This document shows, one piece after another, positions 47,398 through 53,151 of a DNA stretch of 53,151 nt. Both the position numbers and the translations under genes were made by a program. The notes beneath the pieces are model-generated. The model searched no databases. It was given only the letters and a program-made list of their open reading frames with translations, and was not told the origin of the DNA. Origin of the DNA: Parafannyhessea sp. (GTDB lineage Bacteria; Actinomycetota; Coriobacteriia; Coriobacteriales; Atopobiaceae); contig NZ_JBJEHW010000093.1 of the NCBI RefSeq assembly GCF_051876455.1, positions 1-53,151 on the forward strand, in the 5' to 3' direction. Numbering within the stretch: position 1 is the stretch's first letter; the number at the start of each line of letters is the position of its first letter.

Positions 47398-48396
47398 CTA
47401 GCGGTCCTCCGGTGCTGCGGCCGCCATGCCCTGGGGAGCCTGCGGCGTTTGGTCGTGCTGCTGCGACGGCGCGTCGTCCTTCTCGCCCTTGGACCGTGCG
47501 CGACGGCGTGGTGGCGAAGCGAGCGCTCGTCCGCCGTCGAACGCGATGTCGCCCCAGGCGTACAGGAACGGGAAAGCCGTGAGGAGGCTGATGACTGCCG
47601 TGGGGAGGGCGCCCATCGCGCTGAGCGGGGTGTCCCACATGAAGTGCGCCAGCACGGGGATGAGGAGGTAGAGCCAGCCGCGGAGGCGCCGGCGCTCGCA
47701 GAAGAGCAGCCACGCCGCGACGGCCACGAGCGCCGTGTAGACCCAGTGGGAGGAGAGGGCGCCGGAGATGCGGACGTTCAGCGTGAAGGGGACGGCGTTG
47801 GCGAGCTCGGCGCGCGAGCCCGCGACCTGGGACTCGATGTAGCCGAGGTCCTCGGACACCTGGAAGCCCATGCCGACGCACATGCCGCCCACGAGCCAAT
47901 CGCGCGCGCCGCGTAGGTGCACGAGGCCGAGGACCAGGACCAGCGTCAGGAGCTTGAGCGTCTCCTCCACGAGCGGGGCCTCGATGGCGTCGCCCCACGT
48001 GTTGGCGAAGCCCTTGCCGGCGGCCGCGCGGATGAGGCCGGAAACGGCGTCGTTGAGGTCGCCGGCCAGCCAGCCGGGCACGAACCAGCCCGCGAAGAAC
48101 GCGAGCACCACGAACCAGCGCGGCACGCCCGACTTGAGGCGCGTGTAGCGCACGAAGACGAAGAACGGAACCAGGTAGACGAGCAGGAGCGCGAAGCACT
48201 CGAGCATCGCCTGGTAGCGCGCGGCGGTCAGGGACGCGGGGTGGACGTCTCCCAGGTCCATGCCGCCAAACTCGTAGCTCACGCCTATGAAGAAGAGCGT
48301 GAGGAACACGGCAAGGCCGACCCACCAGCGTCGGCGCCTCCTGGCAAACGGGCTGCGGGCTGCGCTCGCCGCGGCCGAGACGGTTTCAGAACTCAT
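47398..48396 (-). CDS. PrsW family intramembrane protease
   Basis: APLVEETLK, GMGFQVSED, H in SSHWVYT, AHFMWD. Confidence 0.88.
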   Translation of the reverse strand: MSSETVSAAASAARSPFARRRRRWWVGLAVFLTLFFIGVSYEFGGMDLGDVHPASLTAARYQAMLECFALLLVYLVPFFVFVRYTRLKSGVPRWFVVLAFFAGWFVPGWLAGDLNDAVSGLIRAAAGKGFANTWGDAIEAPLVEETLKLLTLVLVLGLVHLRGARDWLVGGMCVGMGFQVSEDLGYIESQVAGSRAELANAVPFTLNVRISGALSSHWVYTALVAVAAWLLFCERRRLRGWLYLLIPVLAHFMWDTPLSAMGALPTAVISLLTAFPFLYAWGDIAFDGGRALASPPRRRARSKGEKDDAPSQQHDQTPQAPQGMAAAAPEDR

Positions 48397-48606
48397 GAAC
48401 TAACATCCCCTCGCGCATGCGTAAAAAGTAAGCCCCCCTGTAAAGAGGGCCAACACAGGCTGACGCTTTGCGGGATGAAGGTCAATCGCGGGGGAACGGG
48501 AGCGGCTAAAACTGACTGAATCGCCACGGGGGAGAGCGAAGCACGGCAGTGTCCTTCTCGCCTGCAAGGTATGGTTTGTAAAATGGCGATTCAAGGAGGT
48601 ATCCCC

Positions 48607-48840
48607 ATGAAGTACGTTCGCTCTGCCATAAGACAAGAATGCGGCCACATGAAGCCGGCGGAGACAGTCGCCGGTTCGATCTCTGCCGAACGTGCCTCCA
48701 AGGGAGGTACGTTCGCGGCAAATGTTGAGCGAAAGTTGGATGAGGCGGATGCGGCGGCTGAGCGGTCTGCAGCGTGCCGCTTGCCGTCAGAAGTTTTTGT
48801 CGCTGCAAGGTCGAGGGTCAGAGCGGAAGCCGGAGGATAG
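48607..48840 (+). CDS. Small hypothetical protein, possibly a decayed antitoxin
   Basis: Strong SD AAGGAGGT; C-terminal KLDEAD..SEVF..AR pattern reminiscent of type II antitoxin tails. Confidence 0.35.
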   Translation: MKYVRSAIRQECGHMKPAETVAGSISAERASKGGTFAANVERKLDEADAAAERSAACRLPSEVFVAARSRVRAEAGG

Positions 48841-48880
48841 CCCACGACTCCTTGTGATACTTTGCCTTTGAGCTGTCTGG

Positions 48881-50071
48881 CTACTTGCACTCGAGCGTGG
48901 CGACGCACTCCACGTGCTTGGTGTGCGGGAACATGTCCACCGGCGCCACCTGCGTGATGCGGTAGCCGTGCTGGCGGAGAAGGACGAGGTCCCGTGCCTG
49001 CGTCTTGACGTTACAGCTGACGTAGACCACGCGCTTGGGGGCGAGGCGCGCCACGTCCGTGAGGAAGCGGGGCGTGGAGCCTGCGCGCGGCGGGTCGAGC
49101 ACGACCACGTCGAAGCCGCGGCTGCCGTCGCGGACCACTGCCTCCATGTAGGCCGTGGCGTCCGCATGCACGAAGGTGCAGTTGGCGTCCAGCCCGTTGT
49201 GCTGGGCGGCCCAGCGGGCGGAGATCACGGCGCCGCCCACCTGGTCCACGCCCGTGACGCTCACGTCCGCGCCGGCTGCCTTGGCCTGCGACGCGGCGCA
49301 GATGCCGATGGTGCCGCAGCCGCAGTACGCGTCCAGCAGGCGCGAGCCGTTGCGGAGCGCGGCGCCCTCGATGGCGAGGCGGTACAGGACCTCGGTCTGG
49401 GCGGGGTTGGTCTGGTAGAAGCTCGTGGGGCCGATCCTGAACGTGCAGCCCAGCAGCGCGTCGCGCATGGTGCCGGGCCCGTAGAGCGTGCGGCTCTCGC
49501 GCCCGAGGATGGCGTTGGTGCGCCGCTGGTTGACGTTGAGCACGATGGACGTGAGCTCGGGGTGGCGCTCCACCATGCGGCGCACGAACTCGTCCTCGCG
49601 CGGCAGGCGATTGCCGTTGGCGACCACGGTCAGGAGCACCTCGTCCGTGGCGTAGCCGCAGCGCACGACGGCGTGGCGCAGCACGCCGCGACCGCGGTCC
49701 TCCTGGTAGGCGCTCATGCCCAGCTCCTCGCCCACGCGCGCCACGTCGGTCAGTACCGCGCGGGCGCCCGGCGCCTCGACCAGGCAGTCGTCGCAGCGCA
49801 CGATGCGGTGCGTGCCCGCGCTGTAGAAGCCGGAGCGGATGCGCCCTCCCTTTGCGGGCGAGAAGGGCGTGGCTGCCTTGTGGCGGAAGCCCTTGGGCTC
49901 GTCCATCCCGGCGATGGGCAGGACCTGCGCGCCGTCCTCCCGCGCCATGTCGCCCAGGAGCTCCTCGACCTGCTGCTGCTTGCGACGGAGCTGGATGGGG
50001 TAGGGCACGGCGAGCCACTCGCAGCCGCCGCATTGCCGTGCGATGGGACAGGTGTAGGTCTTGAAGCCCAT
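48881..50071 (-). CDS. rlmD: 23S rRNA m5U methyltransferase (RlmD/RumA-like, no TRAM domain)
   Basis: CPIARQCGGC, SFYQTN, DAYCGCGTI, LDPPRAG, YVSCN, DMFPHTKHVE. Confidence 0.9.
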   Translation of the reverse strand: MGFKTYTCPIARQCGGCEWLAVPYPIQLRRKQQQVEELLGDMAREDGAQVLPIAGMDEPKGFRHKAATPFSPAKGGRIRSGFYSAGTHRIVRCDDCLVEAPGARAVLTDVARVGEELGMSAYQEDRGRGVLRHAVVRCGYATDEVLLTVVANGNRLPREDEFVRRMVERHPELTSIVLNVNQRRTNAILGRESRTLYGPGTMRDALLGCTFRIGPTSFYQTNPAQTEVLYRLAIEGAALRNGSRLLDAYCGCGTIGICAASQAKAAGADVSVTGVDQVGGAVISARWAAQHNGLDANCTFVHADATAYMEAVVRDGSRGFDVVVLDPPRAGSTPRFLTDVARLAPKRVVYVSCNVKTQARDLVLLRQHGYRITQVAPVDMFPHTKHVECVATLECK

Positions 50072-50373
50072 GTAACCTCGAAAGATCGTGATGCCTTCGG
50101 GCGCGTGCCCGCGTTCTTCTCTGCAATTGTAGCCGCACGGCGTGTCCGTTTGAGGAGGGTACGAAACTGAAAATAAGCATGTCTCATATACATGTCAGGC
50201 ATGCACGTTATTGATGGAAGAAGGAATTCAAGGTATCTGAACTGCCGTTCACCGTCAATATAGCTCGCCTGTAGGAAGCACAGTCGTAACTGATATCCAA
50301 TAAAACGGAAAATCGGATTCGCTACTCTCAGCTTACGCATGTAAGACGGACGGTTGTTGCGTTACGAGGAGGC

Positions 50374-53151
50374 ATGATGGCAGGCAGAACGAGGTGTAGG
50401 GTCATCGCGCGGGAGCGCGTTGCGAGGGCGGCGGCCGCCGCGGCGCTGGGGTTTGCCCTGGCGCTGGGTTCGGCGGGCGTCGCAATGGCCATGCCGGCAT
50501 ACAACAAGCCGGTGTCGGTCGAGCAGCCCGATGGCTCGACGGCGAAGATCACCACGCACGGCGACGAGTGGTTCCACTATGCGACCAACGCGAACGGCGT
50601 GGTCGTGCAGCGCGACCCCTCCGATGGGTCGTGGCGTCAGGTGGTCGGGTCCGGCTCGTCGCTCTCGCTCGGGAGCGCGGCCGAGGACGCGGCCGACTCC
50701 GGCGCCATCACCGCGGACGACCTCTCTGACAACTCCGCGCGCGTGGCGTACTATGCGCTCGCGGGCCAGACCTACACCGGCAAGAGCTCGAGCAATGCGA
50801 CGACCTCCGCGCCCATCACGGTGACCTCGCTGCAGAAGACGCAGGCCACGACCGCCACGACGGCAAAGGCGACCAAGAAGTCCGCGCTCATGAGGACTGC
50901 GGCGCAATCCACGAGCGGCACGACGACCAGCATTCCGCTGCTGACCATCGTGGTCGGCTTCAGCGACGAGCCGTACAGCAACACCTACGACTGGAACGAG
51001 AAGTTCTTCTCGGGCGAGTACAGCGTGTCCTCCCTGTACCGCATCTCCTCCGAGGGGAAGTTCACCTGGACGCCCGCGAGCGAGAGCAGCGCCTACGGCG
51101 TGGGCGGCAACACCAACACGGCCGACAAGGCCAACGACGGCGTGATCCACGTGACCCTGGACCACACCTACGGCAACCCCGACCCGTTTGGCAACCAGGA
51201 CGCCGACTACGTTAAGGACATGGAGGACGCGATCAAGGCCGCGGCCCAGTACGTGGACTTCTCGCAATACGACACTGACGGCGACGGCAAGATCGAGGCC
51301 AACGAGCTGGGCCTGGGCGTCGTGTTTGCCGGCTACGAGGCCGCGACGGGCGTCATTCCGACGGGCCACCACGGCATCTGGTCGCACCAGTACTCCTTTA
51401 CCGAGGAGGTCGGCAGCCCCTACGAGGTGAGCACTGCGAGCGGCGGCACGGTCGGCATCGACCGCTACATCGTCCAGTCCGAGAACGAGTCCATGTCCGA
51501 GGGCGAGTCGCACCAGAGCGGCATCGGCGCGCTCGGCCACGAGCTTGGCCACTTCCTCGGCATGCCGGACCTGTACTCCACGACGTCCGACAGCGGCGCG
51601 TGGGACAACTACTCCACCATGTACCTCTCCATCATGGACTACGGCTCCTACGGCCAGACCACGAGCGGCGAGTACCGTCCGACGTTCTTTGACCCGTATG
51701 ACCGCTACCTGCTCGGCTTCATCACGCCCGAGGAGATCACGAAGGACGGCACCTACACGGCGACGTCCGAGACGGACCCCGCCGGCTACAAGTGCTACAT
51801 CATCCACGTGAGCGACGACGAGTACTACCTGATCGAGAATCGCCAGTACGCGTCGTTCGACGCGGGCATGGAGCCCATGTACATGAACGGCGACAACACG
51901 ATCAAGAACCCGACCGGTGGCATCGTGGTGTGGCACGTTGACAACGGCGTCGCGACGAAGTGCGGATACCCCGGCATGCCCGGCGTCGAGGCCGGCCTCG
52001 CCAACACGGTGAACGTGAAGACGCACCGCCCCGGCGTCATGGAGAACTACTTCGAGAAGACCGCGGGCAGCCCCAACCTGTACGCGCCGTTCCTCAACGC
52101 GACGGAGAACGCCGCCTATGGCGCGAGCAAGCTCTCGCTCTACAACGGCTCCGACGACCCCTCCGCAAAGACGGACACCGGCATCACCGTTTCCTCCACC
52201 GACGCCGGCTCGACCTCGATGCAGTTCACGGTCGACTTCCCCGTGAGCATCTCCACGCAGCTCAAGGACGCGACCTACACGGTGGGCGATAAGGCGGACG
52301 CCCTGACGGCCGACGTCGCGAACGCGGACGGCACCGTGACGTACAAGTGGCAGGTCTCCACGGACGGCGGCAAGACCTGGAAGGACGCCACCTCCGCAAG
52401 CTCCGCAAAGGCCGGCGCCAGGCCCGCCGCGGCCAGCGCCTCAACCGGCGCGAGCCTCACCCCCTCGACGGACACGGCCGGCACGTACCAGTACAAGGTG
52501 ACCGCGACGGACGAGAGCGGCGTCTCCGCAGAGTCCACGGCGACGGTCACGGTCAACGCCATCACGCTCAGCAAGGACGCTCTTCTCGACGCCAGCAAGC
52601 CAAACGGCGACAAGCGCTTTGCCTTCAGCTCGCTCAAGGACGTCACCTACACGGGCAAGGAGCAGAAGAAGCAGGACGTGACCGTCAAGGACGCCAAGCT
52701 GGGCAAGGACCTCGTCGAGGGCAAGGACTACAAGCTCGCGTACAGCGGCGACCTCACCAACGCAGGCACCGTCAAGGTGACGCTGACCGGCCTCGGCAAC
52801 TACGCCGGCGCCGTCGAGCTCTCGTACCAGATCAACAAGGCGGCGCTCACGGTCAAGACCGAGTCCGCCACGCGCGCGTACAACGGCAAGACGCTCACGG
52901 CCAAGGGCAGCATCTCGGGCCTCGTGAACGGCGAGACGGCGAGCCTCTCCGTCACGGGCGCGCAGACCGAGGTCGGCAGCTCGCAGAACACCGCGACCGT
53001 CAAGTGGGACGGCACGGCGCGCGAGGCCAACTACGAGGTGACCTACAAGCTTGGCACGCTCACCGTCAAGAAGGACGACGGCTCCGCCACGACGGGCGAG
53101 AAGAACGGGTCCTCCTCTGACGGCACCGGTTCCAACGGCACCTCTGGCACC
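50374..53151 (+). CDS. Secreted M6 (immune inhibitor A-like) metalloprotease with C-terminal Ig/MBG-like repeats, runs off window
   Basis: SD GAGGAGG, signal peptide, QPDG..GDEWFHY propeptide, DFSQYDTDGDG, HELGHFLGMPDLY (about 51538-51576), EYYLIENRQ, repeat-like C-terminus; not in ORF track. Confidence 0.9.
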   Translation, partial: MMAGRTRCRVIARERVARAAAAAALGFALALGSAGVAMAMPAYNKPVSVEQPDGSTAKITTHGDEWFHYATNANGVVVQRDPSDGSWRQVVGSGSSLSLGSAAEDAADSGAITADDLSDNSARVAYYALAGQTYTGKSSSNATTSAPITVTSLQKTQATTATTAKATKKSALMRTAAQSTSGTTTSIPLLTIVVGFSDEPYSNTYDWNEKFFSGEYSVSSLYRISSEGKFTWTPASESSAYGVGGNTNTADKANDGVIHVTLDHTYGNPDPFGNQDADYVKDMEDAIKAAAQYVDFSQYDTDGDGKIEANELGLGVVFAGYEAATGVIPTGHHGIWSHQYSFTEEVGSPYEVSTASGGTVGIDRYIVQSENESMSEGESHQSGIGALGHELGHFLGMPDLYSTTSDSGAWDNYSTMYLSIMDYGSYGQTTSGEYRPTFFDPYDRYLLGFITPEEITKDGTYTATSETDPAGYKCYIIHVSDDEYYLIENRQYASFDAGMEPMYMNGDNTIKNPTGGIVVWHVDNGVATKCGYPGMPGVEAGLANTVNVKTHRPGVMENYFEKTAGSPNLYAPFLNATENAAYGASKLSLYNGSDDPSAKTDTGITVSSTDAGSTSMQFTVDFPVSISTQLKDATYTVGDKADALTADVANADGTVTYKWQVSTDGGKTWKDATSASSAKAGARPAAASASTGASLTPSTDTAGTYQYKVTATDESGVSAESTATVTVNAITLSKDALLDASKPNGDKRFAFSSLKDVTYTGKEQKKQDVTVKDAKLGKDLVEGKDYKLAYSGDLTNAGTVKVTLTGLGNYAGAVELSYQINKAALTVKTESATRAYNGKTLTAKGSISGLVNGETASLSVTGAQTEVGSSQNTATVKWDGTAREANYEVTYKLGTLTVKKDDGSATTGEKNGSSSDGTGSNGTSGT

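Larger units (their letters stand above)
2704..53106. repeat. Dispersed over-represented motif GGGCGAGAAGRAC (core GCGAGAAG)
   Basis: 14 exact 13-mers and at least 36 core 8-mers counted by eye on both strands. Confidence 0.85.

Noticed and set aside
2704-53106. GCGAGAAG as a Chi/KOPS-type polar motif, or as a pure Gly-Glu-Lys codon artefact
   Set aside because: Nearly equal on both strands within one replichore, and present in several frames and intergenic DNA; codon use may explain some 8-mers but not 14 exact 13-mers
1-53151. CRISPR array, IS or prophage
   Set aside because: No regularly spaced repeats, transposase, integrase or phage genes seen; the WYL protein has no neighbouring defence genes

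Overview
Core chromosomal origin region of a high-GC bacterium. Gene order and proteins fit the Coriobacteriia (Olsenella/Atopobiaceae-like); this assignment is inference. Gene order: gyrA(partial)-gyrB-dciA-recF-dnaN-[oriC]-dnaA-GHKL ATPase/wHTH gene, then divergent rpmH-rnpA-yidD-yidC-jag, a 1.4 kb gene-free AT-rich gap, rsmG-parA-parB with two parS sites, rlmN, ddl, exonuclease-DinG, a fused PafBC-like WYL regulator, a 1777-aa M28-fold protein split by a giant acidic insert, typA, two tRNA-Ser, rpsF-ssb-rpsR-yybS-rplI-dnaB, pur genes interleaved with unrelated genes, a class B sortase, PrsW, rlmD and a truncated M6 protease. I saw no mobile element, prophage or CRISPR array. Most notable signals: (1) a strongly over-represented, strand-unbiased motif GGGCGAGAAGRAC (core GCGAGAAG) found in several reading frames, in intergenic DNA and as inverted pairs in hairpins, resembling a DNA uptake sequence; (2) a non-canonical DnaA box (TTTTC[G/A]ACA) matched by substitutions in the DnaA recognition helix, clustered at oriC, upstream of the ATPase gene and upstream of dnaB; (3) a low-GC trough through core genes centred on parS; (4) the split pseudo-peptidase. 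All counts were made by eye, and novelty could not be checked against databases.
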